A stretch of 64,000 nucleotides of DNA. It comes from the human T2T-CHM13v2.0 reference genome, Homo sapiens. Location: NCBI RefSeq assembly GCF_009914755.1, contig NC_060932.1; one strand, written 5' to 3'. The notes below the pieces were generated by a model that saw nothing but the letters and a program-made list of their open reading frames with translations, ran no database searches and was not told where the DNA came from. Shown piece by piece: positions 18,054 to 32,000 of this stretch; position 1 is the first letter of the stretch, and each line of letters begins with the position of its first letter. Made by a program: the position numbers and the translations under genes.

Positions 18054-18458
18054 TATGTTCATCCATTCTTGCCTTGCTATAAAGAAATACCTGAGGCTGG
18101 GTAAGTTATAAAGTAAAGAGGTTCAATTGGCTTACATTTCCTCAAGCTGTACAGGAAACATGGTGCTGGCATATACTTCTGGTGAGGCTTACAGTCATGG
18201 CGGAAAGCAAAGAGGGAGCAAGCAGTTCACATGGTGAGAGAGGAAGCAAGAGAGTGAGCGGTGAGGTGCCGTGCTCTTTTCAATGACCAGGTCTTGCATG
18301 AACTCAAAGCAAGAACTCACTCATTCCCATGAGGATGGCACCAAGTATTCATGAGGGATCTGCCCCCATGATCTAATCCCCTCCACCATGCCCCACCTCC
18401 AACACAGAATCACATTTCAACATGAGACTTGGAGGGAGCAAAAATCCAAACTACATCA
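18054..18458 (-). mobile_element. Solo MaLR LTR (MSTB-like)
   Basis: ttgctataaagaaatacctgaggctggg...ccaaactacatca; TSD aacgg/aatgg. Confidence 0.85.
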
Positions 18459-20305
18459 AATGGATACACTCACATTTGCATTGAATATCCTAGAGTTATG
18501 TTATTCAAAGATAGTATAGTTATAGACAAACCTGAATAAATCATTGCATTTTGTATAAAGTTACAGTTTGCCAAAATGAGATTCTTCCTCCATCAGAAAG
18601 TATCAAGGGGCCAATAACATGCTGCTTCTTTTTTTTATAGTGAAATAAACAAGAAAATCCTTAGAAAGGTGCCAAATGATACTGCAGAAAAAGGAATCCA
18701 ATTTACACGTAGATGGTCTAGGCTTACTTTATGACAATAATAAAGCAAGTATTTTCTCTAGGAAAGAGAGCTTAAATCTCTGAAGGGCAGTGGATAGCTT
18801 TATAACGTATAATACTGGCTTTATTACCCTTTTATGGTTTTGCATCTTCTCTTTACTTTGACAAAAGATCATTCAGAAGTGAACTTACTTCAATGATACC
18901 TGCACAGACTTTATGCCTACAAAAGTAATTCATAGTATTTATCCTGGTGACAGGTCAGAGGAGATGATCAAATTTTTTTATTTTCCCTAGTTAAGCTATA
19001 TTTCATTCTTGATGCCAGAGAAGTTTTTTTTAATTTCCTGGGAATCAGGAATGGCACTTTTGGCAGGTTCTGCACCAATCTGAGCTCACAGATGCCCAGA
19101 AATTGCTCAATGGTACTAAGTCTCCTAAGTAATTCCAATTTTGTAGTGAAACAAATTCTATTTTCTTTTGGAATAAAATAGAGAAACAGGGCCAGGTAGA
19201 ATTTCCCTGGAGTAAGTTTCCTTTTCGTGTTTATGAATTATGTCTTTGCCCATGGTGAGCAGTGGCAAGGATGACAGCAGGTGGCTCATTTTACAAATCA
19301 GTAAACCAGAGGAAACCTTGGTTTGCAAGGAAGTTGAGTGGGGAGAAAGAATATTCAAAAGGAAAAGAATATTAAGTAGAGGATTTCAAGGAATTAAGTT
19401 CTTGCTCGTTCTTTACTACAAATAGCAATATAATAAAAATTGCAATAAACCTCCCAGGCACCTAACTCTATGCAGAGTGGATTTCGTGGACTTCATCTGA
19501 AATGACAAATCTCAATAATTAATTCAACAAATTTCAATGCATGCCTTACATGTGCAGGATATTGTCTAGGCACTGAGACTTTAATGGTGGGATGTGGCCC
19601 ACAGGTTCCACTCTCAGGGAGCTTACATTCTCAGATGACCACAATCTGCCCCCGTGTGAGCCGAAGTTGTGACTGCAAGTGACAGGCACTGAAATTCCTG
19701 TCGTGATAATCGGAGACTGCCTCTTTAGAGGTTGTTGGAGGAGGGATGAAGCGTCTTTAGCACTTGGAACAAATTTCTTGAAGCTCTTTGGTGTAGTAAC
19801 ATCCTAGCTCTATTCTTTGGATAGGTTTTACACAAATTTGAGAATATAATATATTCTCTGAAAATGATTAGAAGTTAATAATGAAAATGTGCAGGATCCT
19901 AAGCAGAATTGTAAAGTTTGGAAATATAAATTGCTCATAACCAAATACCTGGCTTCTGCAAGACCGTGCCAGCTTAAGGACACTTTGTACCATAGAAGTA
20001 TATCTCAGGAACCTTCTCACTGACCAGCATCTTGAGTTCAACGAAACCCCTCTCCTATCCAGTCACAGAGCTCTTCTTCAGTTTCCTGTAAAGATAAAGG
20101 ACTTCTCCCAAGGCCGTTAGCTGTGTCTTGATGCAAAAGAGAATTTAAATTTAAATTCTTTTTATTTAAATAAAGATCATTCTATTCTTACATTTTCTTT
20201 TATTAGTCAATCTGTTCAAATGACTGACTTTTTATTTTATTAGTCAATTTTTAAAAAATCTTCCATTTCAAAATATTTGTCTCCTAAAGCTTATAGAAAA
20301 AGGCA

Positions 20306-20614
<309 letters not shown>

Positions 20615-20615
<1 letters not shown>

Positions 20616-20722
20616 AGAAAGAAAGGAAGGAAGGAAGGAAGGAAGGAAGGAAGGAAGGAAGGGAGGAAGGAAGGAAGGAAAGAAGGAGGAAGGGAAGGGA
20701 AGGGAAGAAAGGAAGGAAGAGG
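20615..20722. repeat. (GGAA)n / polypurine microsatellite derived from the Alu tail
   Basis: 9 consecutive GGAA (20625-20660), one GGGA, then 4 more GGAA; purine-only for ~105 bp. Confidence 0.95.
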
Positions 20723-22617
20723 CTACTTGAGTTTCACTCGGGTTACAGGATTGGCTTCAAGAGAAAGATAGAAAAAATAATAATAGACTCTTGTAAGTGT
20801 CTGAAAGAGAGAATTAATCCAAAAGTACTTTAAACACTCTAGAAATGCAAATAATAAAATGTCGGTGTGAACAGTTCTTGTTTGGCTTTGGCTGGTATCT
20901 TTTTCTTAAGCACTCCCTTCCGGTTTGCTGATAGCTCTCTATCTGCTTTGCCTAGGATGACATCCAAGGCAGGCAGAGTATACAAGGACTCTTCAGGACA
21001 GATAATTGCATGTGCAAAAGTAGCTTGGATTCAGAGCTTCATTTTAACGGTTCGTAACCATATTATCAATCTGTAAACCGCATAGAAACAAAAGATGTCA
21101 AGAGAAAATAACAGGAAAAAAATAACACTAGCAGACAGATTCCTCCCTACAAAGTCTTGTAGTAGAAACCAAAATAATACAAAAACCTGACAATAGCCAT
21201 GTCATTGGGGGCAAGCGGAAAGACAAGGTAAATGACCAGTAGAGCCAGAGGAAAGAACTAGAGGTCAGGAAGCACAAAGGGCTCTGCAGAGAGGACGAAA
21301 GACTTCATTCCAGATGCTCAAAGACAGAGGATGGTGGTGTCAGCGGGGGATTCCTGGGCAGCTTAGGGACTAAGCAAGCACAGGGCTTTGGTTTACTTAA
21401 AATACCAGTTATGCGAAAAACAGAATTGCAGGTGTCTCCACAGGATGTATTTCTGCACAGGTTCCTAAGTAAATATAGAGGACAGATAGATAGAGTGAAC
21501 AAAAAATAAACAACCCTTATCCATACAGACTTAAAGGCTTAAAAATGAATGAGATTTTCATTGTGTGGTTTCTACCCATTTAGTGTGGGCAAGTGTGTAT
21601 GTGTGTGTGTGTTTCTTTTTCTTTAGAATTGCAGGGAAAATGCATGATGAAAAATGATGTTTAAATAACCAAATTCCTATGTGTTTCACTGGCTGAGAGC
21701 AGAGAGACAAGGAGGGAGGAAATGAGAAGGAGGGAATCTGTGAAGAGTTTGACTAAAAATTGTCCTCTTCCCTCCTCCAATATAATGCATCAAACTAAAA
21801 GACCAGTTTGGAGAGGATAAAGTTTAGGTTAAAAATGTGCTATATGCAGCCCGTTTCTTTCTTTCCCAGGAACTCTTTTATGTCCAACTGCACAGTCTCT
21901 ATCTTCCTCTAATCCTTTTCAGTCTCCTTGCCCTTTGCCCCCACAGGACCTTTGGCACATTGCCTCTTGACCTCAAAAAATGAGGAGTTCAGAGTTTCAG
22001 GGAGATTTTGATGAAACCACCTGCTGTTCTTCTCTACCATTTTCCCCACCACTGAATTCAAATAGAACGGTAGAGGGTATAAATATGCTAATATTCTGAA
22101 CCACACCAAATCCCCAACTCAGCAATTCCTGTGAGATAGGACAGTTGTAGGGATGGGTTTGAGTTAATAATTCTCCCACCACTACCCAAATAGGAATGGG
22201 ATTGGAAGAGCTTGTAGACAGACGTGGATTCCAATCTCTCTCATATGGAAAAAGTGCAAAAATCCAAATTCTCAAAAGATTAGTCGACTTAGTATTGTGC
22301 TTTGTAGTCGAGACACCTCTTGATTTTCTCTTACAAAACTTGGTTTTCTTTAATTATGTACTGGTAAACTCTGACCAGAAAACTGGAATATTTTGTTATC
22401 TAAAATTTCGCTTTTATAAATCCAACTTTTGGACATACAACTCTTAGAAGAAAGGGTCATACCAGTGTGTCCTGAGATAGGGCATCATTTAGCTTGGGGA
22501 ATGAAATAAGACAAGCACAGCATGGCATTTAAGCCATTAGTCCTGATGAGACATATTCACAGTTGGTCAAAGCAGGGAAGAAAGCAGGCAAGATAGCTGA
22601 GGAACCACAGTGGGTTT

Positions 22618-22641
22618 GTTGTTGTTGTTGTTGTTGTTGTT
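22618..22641. repeat. (GTT)8 microsatellite
   Basis: Direct reading. Confidence 0.9.
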
Positions 22642-22809
22642 TCAGGTAGTAGTTCCCTGTCTGTTTTAGGTTTCAAATTTAATTTGGAAAATGTTTTAGT
22701 TGACTAAATAAAAGACACATGAATTCACGGATCATAGAAAAAGAAGGAACTATAGCAGAGTTAAAATGTTTGGGTTGTGAAAATAAATTAGTAATGAAAA
22801 AGGAAATGC

Positions 22810-23030
22810 TTATTAGGAACTTTCTATGTACCAGCTCTTCTCCTAAGTGTATTACATATACAAAGTTATTTAAACCTCAAAAAGTCTGTGAGGTTGATAC
22901 TCTTACTCCAGCTTTACTAATAAGGAAACTGAGATCCGGAAAGTTTAACCTGTGCCAGGTGTCACAGCTAGCAAAGGGGCAGAGCTCCCGTCAGACCCCA
23001 AAGCCTGTGTTTATTGTAAAACCATTATGC
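22810..23030 (-). mobile_element. MIR
   Basis: ttactaataaggaaactgag...tgtgccaggtgtcacagctagcaa. Confidence 0.7.
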
Positions 23031-23274
23031 TAGGTGCCAAAACAATGCTTGGATATATGAAAGGGAAAAGAGGTGATGTTCTTCTAAGAAAGCCATTAGG
23101 AAATTCCTTTGAACTATCACTGATGTAGCTCCTAAATTTCAGAACCCCTCTACTCTCTATTCTTATGAATCATCAACGGTTAGCACTACGTTGATGCTCT
23201 AACTACGACCTCTAACTACGAAACTGAATCGCACCTTCAGTTGTTTATGACATTGCTCTTTTTTAGAAACTTAT

Positions 23275-23808
23275 TGTATTAATTATCTATTGTTGCATTT
23301 TAAGAAAACAAAATGTAAGAGACTTAATAATAAACATCAATGCTCTTACACAGCTTCTGTGAATCAGGAATGTGGGAGCGGCTTGGCTGGATGGTTCCAG
23401 TTTAAAATCTTTTATGAGGTTGCAGCCTAAGATACAGAGCAGACCCTACATTGTTCTAAGGGACTTACTAGAGTAGGAGGATCCTCTCCCAAGATGGCTC
23501 ACTCACAAGGCTGGCAGGTTGGTGCTGGCTGCTAATTGGAGGCCTCAATTCCTTGCCATGTGGACCTCTCCATGGGGCTGCTTGAGTGTCCTCACCACAT
23601 GCATGGAAACTGAGAGCAGGTGATCTGAGAGAACAAGGCAGAAGCTGCAAAGTTTATTAGGATCTAGCCTCAGAAATCACATTCTGTCATTCTGTAATCC
23701 CATTGGTTACCCAGGTCAGCCATATTCAGTGTGGGAGGGAGCTGCACAAAGGTTTGGATACCAGGAGGCGAGAGTCACTGGAGACTGTGTTGGAGGCTGA
23801 CTACCACA
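23275..23808 (-). mobile_element. Solo MLT1 LTR (MLT1F/G-like)
   Basis: tgtattaattatctattgttgc...ggaggctgactaccaca; TSD cttat/cttac. Confidence 0.8.
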
Positions 23809-24734
23809 CTTACTGTCAGTTTATTAATGATCCTATTTGGTGACTCGGTCTCATTTTTCTGCTTTAGGGCAAGACCAACAGAGAGATGAAATAAATGCAG
23901 TAAATGCATTCAGTTATAATTGCAGTGGACAATCTGCCCTTGCATCTTCCCAGGAGAGCTAGCGCTTGAGGAGTCTTTCTGGACTCTCAACTCCGGTCAT
24001 TCTATTGCCCTACTGCTTGCATCAAATGTAGGATTTGTCACTAAACGTCAGGCTCACCAGGATAGTCAAACATCAGGCTCTTTGAGCAAAAAGAAAAAGT
24101 AATGTCTAGGGCTACCCTACATATTCATTCAGTTATCTGAAAAATATTTTTTAGATGCCTACTGATGGATAGAGCCATTGTCTATGTGGAATCTTAGGCA
24201 TAATGTACCATTAGGAGGGCTCAGTCTGCTAATTGTAGAGATTCTTTGCTGAAATGAACTTTAGAGATAGTTAAATATAGTCACCACTCCTTATTACAAA
24301 TAAAAACATTGAAGTCCTCAGAAAACTAAAACTTGCTTTTGTTACTTGGTTATGCCTGTTCTGCTTTGACTTCTCTCATCGATAAAATCACCATCAAAAC
24401 CACTGCCTAAAATGGGTTTTAGAGGTTCTCTCTGGATTTCATTGCTTTTCCTCTACCGTAGTAACCAGATGAACTATTTGAATGAATTGTACCTCTTTCC
24501 AGAGTTCAGTCCAAGAGTCATAAGTTGTTTATGGACATCACTCTGGTCCTTCTGTCTTAGAAAGAGGAAAATCTAACTAAACCTCAATACTAGCATTGAC
24601 CTATAACTAAGTAACCACTTTCTATCTGGTTAGCCAACATGTCAAGTTAGACAACTGTCCTTTCCAAAGGGATTGAAGCTGTTGGTGTCCTGCACAAGTG
24701 GATGCTGAGAAGGGGTAGAATGGAATGAGGTAAA

Positions 24735-24975
24735 CAGGTACTTATTGAGGACCTACTGTACTCCAGACAGAATGCTAGCACTTTCACACCTGGGCCAACC
24801 CTTTAATTTCCAAAACGATGGCATGAGGTGGGAGGCATGATGATTATCCCATTTTACAAAAGAGAAAACTGAGGGTGATTTGTCCAAGAATGGTTGGGGA
24901 TCAAGAGACATATTTGGGATGTAAATCCAGATCTGCCTGAGCCTGTATTCTGACCCACTAAGCTGCCCAAACACC
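24735..24975 (-). mobile_element. MIR
   Basis: ttatcccattttacaaaagagaaaactgagg core. Confidence 0.65.
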
Positions 24976-26519
24976 ACTCTGAACTGACTTCTCAGTGAAC
25001 ATGCCTAGCTCATGCCTGTGCTCTGTCTCCTCTCATTGTCCCTTGTTGCTTTGGAACACTGAGGTTTAAAAACTCTTTTAGCTTTATGTTTGCATATATG
25101 TGTATATGTGTAAATGAACAGTTTTCAAATACATTGTTATCTCCTTAATAACAGTATCCCTTTTAAATTTCCCCTTCCCCACCCATAGGGTGGAGTACTA
25201 TGCTCTGCCCACAATGAGCTCTGAAGATAGTTTTTGTTCTTGTGACAGATTTTCAACCAAGCCACCACCCACCTCTCCTCCACCTCAACTCACTAAGTGT
25301 TCTCTTCTGCTGGTGGAGAAAAAAATAAATCATTTCGAATTTTTTAATATCATGTTATTTCCCTCCAAACATGTATATATTGTGCTTCTGCAAAAAGTCT
25401 TTCTTAACCAGTCAATACATTTGTCTGCTTTAGAGTTGTGATGACAGTAATTAATGTGGAAGCTGAAAAGTCAGATTTATTATGACTGAGAGAAGTCTCT
25501 GCGGATAACCTGTGTCTTCACTTAATTTCACCACAGAAGTATTTTTTTATTCTGGAAATGTTTTTTAAATGTAAGCACATTATAATCGATGCTGCTTCTT
25601 TGTCTTTCTCTGGAATTTCCAAGACGACCTTTTCCTCTTTGTTTCTGCTTGTAGTGGCTCCACAGCTCAGTATCAACACGGGAAAGAGAGGCGGCTCTAA
25701 GCTGATTACATACGCGGCCACCCCTCTAAGGGCGAAACTGCATTGCTGTCAGTCTTAGGAATTCACAACCTTAACAGCAGCCATGGCTCTTCAGCAGAAG
25801 CCCTGAGGCTCAGTTGCCAGCTGATGACCTTTGATGGGATAATTTCTAGCTTTGCTAAGACTGCAAGAGGAACAAGTGAGGGGTTAGGAAGCAAGAGTTA
25901 TTCATGAAGCCACTGTGTCTTTATTCAAGAACGTTGAGAAACAAACCTTCATGGCTATTCTTCGTTAAATAAAGTAGCATACCCATTTAAATTTCAAAAT
26001 TGTTCAAGTCACTCATAAATCCTCGAACTTTATCTTTTTCATTTAAAAATCCTTTTTTGCCTGATGGTCTTGTAAGGAAACAAGTCATTCTATGTCTTAA
26101 AATGATTGTTTCAAGCCAAAATAGGCACATGAGAACATTTTAAACTTCATTGAACCTCGAAAGAATTTTCAATATTTGAGGAGAGAACCCTTCAATTCTT
26201 TTTTTTTTAAAGGAACTGGACAACAATATGAATGTAATAGATCCATTAGCATTGTGAGAAACAGGTCACTAACCCCCCTTTTCATTCCCACAACACCACC
26301 AAATACTTTTCTGGTTTTAATAACTGTTAGAAAGGTCTGCTCAAACACAGAAAGGAGCTAGTGTTTTCACAAGCCTCTGAAAGAAGAGGATGCATTGCAA
26401 GATCTTTAAATTCATTGTACAGCAAGAGAATGAAAAAGAATGTAAGAGGAAAGTGGACAACTACCTGTTTGACCTATACATATAATAGATTTGTTACTAA
26501 TTAGAATCAGTTTGTTTTT

Positions 26520-26747
26520 TGTTGTTGTTTTTACCATCTTGAACTTTATTAGGTTTATGATTGTGCAATAGATCTCTAGAACTCTTTTATCTTGCAAAAC
26601 TGGAACTCCACATTCATTGAACAGCAACTCCGCCCTTTCCCTCCCATCCTTCTCTCCCTCCTGGAGTCCCTGGCAACCACCAATTTTACTTTCTTTCCTA
26701 TGAATTTGACTATTCTAGGTATCTCATATAAGTGAAATCATACAGTA
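26520..26747 (-). mobile_element. L1MA/MB 3' end fragment
   Basis: gatctctagaactc...cctggcaaccaccaattttactt...ctcatataagtgaaatcatacagt. Confidence 0.75.
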
Positions 26748-27061
26748 AAATTATTAGAACCAATTTGGATACAAATAAGATTTAGATGTACAAATTGACT
26801 AATCTGGATGTACTAATATCAAGACAAACAAATGAAAACCAAGTATGGCCACATGATCAAGAACACTTGCTTGGCTCTTATTGCCTCTAATAGTTTTCTG
26901 TATGCTCACTTTTGTGCAAAAGCTGTTTAAAATCCAGCTTACCGATACCTATTATCCCAGCAAGGACAGGGTTGTGTTGGGCAGTGGAAAATGGTAAAAC
27001 CTAACTCTGAAGGCCCTTGGACCATTTGTTCCAAAAGCAAACAAGTTGGAAAGAATGTGAG

Positions 27062-27645
27062 TTTTTTATATTTTATTTTAAGTTCCAGGGTACATGTGCA
27101 GGACGTGCAGGTTTGTTACACAGGTACACATGTGCCATGGTGGTTTACTGCACCTATCCTCAATAACTTAGGTATTAAGCCCTGCAATGCATTAGCTATT
27201 TATCCTGATGTTCTCCCTCCCTCCGTCCCCCTCCCCCAGTGGGCCCTGGTGTGTGTTGTTCCCCTTCCTGTGTCCACGTGTTCTCATTGTTCAGCTCCCA
27301 CTTATAAGTGAGAACATGTGGTATTTGGTTTTCTGTTCCTGCATTAGTTTGCTGAGGATAATGGCTTCCAGCTCCATCCGTGTCCCTGCAAAGGACGTGA
27401 TCTCATTCCGTTTTATGGCTGCATAGTATTCCATGGTGTATATGTACCATATTTTCTTTATCCAGTCTATCATTGATGGGCATTTGGGTCGATTCCATGT
27501 TTTTGCTATTGTAAATAGTGCTGCAATAAACATACTCGTGTATGTATCTATTGTAGATAGAATGATTTATATTCCTTTGGGTATATACCCCGTAATGGGA
27601 TTGTTGGATCAAATGGTATTTCTGGTTCTAGAACTCTGAGGAATC
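27062..27645 (-). mobile_element. 5'-truncated L1PA 3' end
   Basis: Reverse L1PA 3'UTR; minus-strand ORF MFIAALFTIAKTWNRPKCPS...YYAAIK is the L1 ORF2 C-terminus. Confidence 0.95.
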
Positions 27646-28807
27646 AAAATGTGGTTACTTTTTTACCTCCGATCTGTCTTTATTGTAATATTAAAATCAA
27701 AGACTTGTAGAGAATAGCCTAAAATCCCTTAAACAAAGTTAAAAGGCAAATAATAGTCTAGAAAAAAAATTTGCAATGTTCAGTGCTAAAGTCAACTATT
27801 TTTCCTGGCTTAAGGGAGTTTTATTCTTAGCAGTTATGATAATGACAAAAAACATGATATGGAATGGGAATGAGAAGGAAGCTGTCAATGGTTTGGGAAA
27901 ATATTTTGCTAATGACTTCATTGAGAGTAACATAATGGAAGTTCATCCTGGGGGCTGAGTACTGTACATTCTGCATTACTGAACCCTGAAGTTTGCTTAC
28001 CGAAAATACTTGCAGGAAGTAGCTACTAATTAAATAGGCATTCTCCAAGAATTGGATGAAAATTGAAAAATTCAGAAAGCATTTACAAATAATTTGTTTA
28101 AATGTCTTTAATATAATATTACATCTTTATAGTCAAATAGTTCTTTAAGAAATTCTTTCATTAAGATCACTACATTGTGCATGGTGGATATTTTTCTGGG
28201 TGAGTTAGTATTAACTCCGTCTTTAAGAGAATTATTTATATATCATAAGAAACAAGAATCTTATAGTGCATTTGAAGAGGCCAACTCTGAAGAATTAGGC
28301 TACATTTTTAGAAACATCACCAATCACTGAAGTTTTAGAATATATAAGAACAAGTATTCCTTCCAGGAAGGTAGGAATATTACATTTCTTCTACTTACAT
28401 GTTTTATTACCAATTCACACTTAACATTGGTGAAGTAAGCATGATCTTTCATGTATCACAGACTTCATTTCCTTGACAAACGACTTAATTATAATACTTT
28501 ATTCCACCACTTTTTTTGAGACAAGATAGCAGTATTTGAAGGCAATTTGAGAAGTTGGCAAGCTTACAAATTTATGAGCTTATGAAATTTATGTGTTACA
28601 TTGATACAACTGACGTCATACATATTTTATAAGAACTGCCCTAAACATAGACGTCATCATTCATAATGAATTAATACTTAAAGGAAATTTAAAAAAAAAA
28701 AAATTCAGCTAAGAGAGTACTGTTTTGATATGAAATAATATAAGACTTTATAAGGATTGTTGTTTAAAAACAAGCAAGTTGTTTTTAAAATTAGAATTTT
28801 GCATGAT

Positions 28808-29385
28808 ATATCAATTAGAATGCTTTGGGTTGAAATAGAAACTTCAGCCTAAACTGTCCTAGGCAAGCAACAAGACAATGTCTGGGCTCACAAATGATAA
28901 TTCCAGAGAATAAGGAAAGCATGCTGCAGTTGGGGCTGTACTGGAGCTCCATTAAGGTCACCTGTTCTGTTTCCTTCCCTATCTCGCTTGGCTTTGCCTG
29001 CTGTGGAGAGCTCCATATTTAGGCATGTTTAGGCCCTTGTGTTTACAATGTGGCTGCTCCAGCTCCAGCTTCACATCTTCACAGCCTGAAGTCAATAGAC
29101 AACAGAGCACTGACTTCCTCCACTGCTCAAACAACAAAACCTCTGAAGTGAGTCTCACTGGCCCTGAGTGACCTGGCGTTGGGCATTGATCAGCCTTTAA
29201 AACAATCACTCTTGCTGAAGGGAACAGAAGAGAGGTGCACTCCAGACAGTGTGCTCTATGGGAGAGAGGAGGAGGTGCAACTATTCCTGGAAGTACAAGG
29301 GATAGCAAAGAGGAAAAAATTATTTCCTCAAAACAAAATCAGGGACAGTTACAAGAATAGGGTGCAGCTCCTGGAAAGGAAAAAG
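28808..29385 (-). mobile_element. Degenerate MLT1 (K/L-like) LTR
   Basis: tcaattagaatgctttgggttgaaatagaaac...atgtggctgctccagctccagcttcacatc. Confidence 0.55.
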
Positions 29386-29571
29386 GCAAATAGGGCCTCT
29401 AGCGTTAGGATGTAAGGAGTAAAGCTCTAACCTTTTTTCTGGATTAATATAAAATCTTAGATAAGATGAGGGTGCCAACTAAGGAGAGCCAGTGGGGAGC
29501 AGGTATTAGAAAATGTATGCCACCTACCAAGGAACAACACAACCACCCTCATCCAAAGCAAAGCCATAAGA

Positions 29572-29872
<301 letters not shown>

Positions 29873-30739
29873 TCACCAGCACCTCACTCTTTTTCATGGT
29901 GAATGTCACTTAGATAGTAGAAACTTCGATCAATTTAATTTGATCATGTACTCTTTATAGTATTTACGCTCAGGTGTTTTGCGCAGATCATTTCACTAGT
30001 CTTCATGGTATTGCTGGTTAACAATACCACCCATTGTCTGTTTGGTGTCAGTGAAGGCTTGTGTACCTGCTTACATGTGTAAATTCACCTGGCAGCTCCT
30101 AAGAAGGGCTTGTCTAGTTCTTATTCAAACAATGTGTAAAGGATCAGAAAGTAAATGTTGTTCCCTTTCATCAAACATGCCACAGAAATTAATTTTGTTT
30201 ATATTTTGTGTAAACTCCATGATCCTGAGTATCATTAGCAAGTTAAATCAAAAATAGCTGATATCTTACCACTACTACTATATATCAGAAGACATTTGGG
30301 CTTTCTTTGCAGCCTGTTGTTTGTGTTTATTAACATCTTTGATTGGCAAGACATTCTGCTTCTAGGTACATTTGGTTGGAGGGATGGTCAGAGTGTAATC
30401 TATTAGCCACATTTCCCAGGCTAAAGTGGGCTGCATTTTAAAATAATCACTTAACAAACATAAAATTACTAAGGATGGAGCCCCGAAGCACAGACACCTA
30501 AGAATATTTTCCTTTTTCGAGGAATCCTTGGTATGTTGATTCACTAATTTCTACTCACTTAGAGCAATGTGGTAGACATAGCTGCTATTTTTTAGGCCAA
30601 TGTGTCGAACTCACACTCTCATAAGCAAGACATGGAGTGGTAACTGCCAGGAAGTCTGGTGAGATCATCGAAAGCCATGTTCCTGCTCTTTATGGCCCTC
30701 CCAGGGAGGAAGGGTGGTGTCCTGCAGAAGGACCCAGGC

Positions 30740-30920
30740 GCTTGACTGCCTGAGTTAAATGCCAGTCCCCTACCTACTAGTTGTAACCTTGGAAAAGCTA
30801 TTCAACCTCTGTACTATGATGACTTCAGCTAAAATGGGGGAATGAGTCCTACCTCCTCCGTTTTGTAGGCACTTAATGCATGGTTCCTGGCTTATACTCT
30901 GTGCCCAGCAAACGTAAGCT
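30740..30920 (+). mobile_element. MIR
   Basis: ctactagttgtaaccttggaaaagctattcaacctctg. Confidence 0.6.
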
Positions 30921-31787
30921 TCTATCATTAGCACCTCTGACTCACTGCACAGCATTAGGAGACTCTGTGCCCTGGGGAGAGAGTGAAACCCTCCAGCTGG
31001 GCTTTCAGAACACTCTATTTGTCTCTGCTGGTGGAAGGAGATTAGCTAGCAAAGGGATTTCTGGGCATCCCTGACAGCATCTGGTACACAGTAGGGCCTC
31101 TTAGAGGTTTGTTGAATGAATGCCAGGACCCTGGCTGAAAGGTGCTTCTCATCCCCAAGGTATCAGGCACTTTAAGAATAGTTTCATACATTTCTTTTTA
31201 ATAACCTCAACCTTGTCTTCTATGAAATAGAGTTCGATTGCCAGAAACTGTCATTAAATATGCATGACTCTGTTAAGAGATTTTTTTTGAACAGCTTTTG
31301 GTTTCCAAGAGTATACCATATTAAATAGATATAAAAATTCTTAATTCTACCCTCAGCATGAGTGTGGGCATCTTAGGGGTACCCCAAGAATGTGAATCAT
31401 TCAAGGGGATTCGTCCTCATGACTAAGCCATCTTCTGACACTAAAGTTCAGGTGTTTACCATTTTTACCACAAAGGGGGAAACAGCCTGCAGAAACAGTT
31501 ACTATCCTGCCATATGTCAGGGGACACTGAGGCTAATATCTGCACGTTTGGAATGAGAGTGTGTGACATGCAGTGCTTTGCACAATACAGGATGACGGCA
31601 ACTTTTGACTTTCAACTTCTCGCTTTCTTCACTCATTTTCAAATTCCTCAGAGACTGGCTTTTCAGGGCCCTTTTAACTGTGTGTCTGGAACTGAAACAG
31701 AAGAAAAAGAGAAAACAGAAAAATAAAAATAGAATAGAAAATTGAAAAAAAAAGTAATTTTCTCAAGTTTTATAACATTTCAAATCC

Positions 31788-32000
31788 TTTTTTTTTTTTT
31801 TTAGACGGAGTCTCGCTCTTTCACCCAGGCTGTAGTGCAGTGGCGCCATCTCGGCTCACTGCAGGCTCCGCCCCCCGGGGTTCACGCCATTCCCCTGCCT
31901 CAGCCTCCCGCGTAGCTGGGACTACAGGCACCAGCCACCTCGCCCTGCTAATTTTTTGTATTTTTAGTAGAGACGGGGTTTCACCGTGTTAGCCAGGATG
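31788..32000 (-). mobile_element. 5'-truncated AluY (Ye-like)
   Basis: CpG-rich; Y diagnostics ttcacgccattc and accgtgttagccaggatg; TSD tcaaatccttt/tcaaatacttt. Confidence 0.9.
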
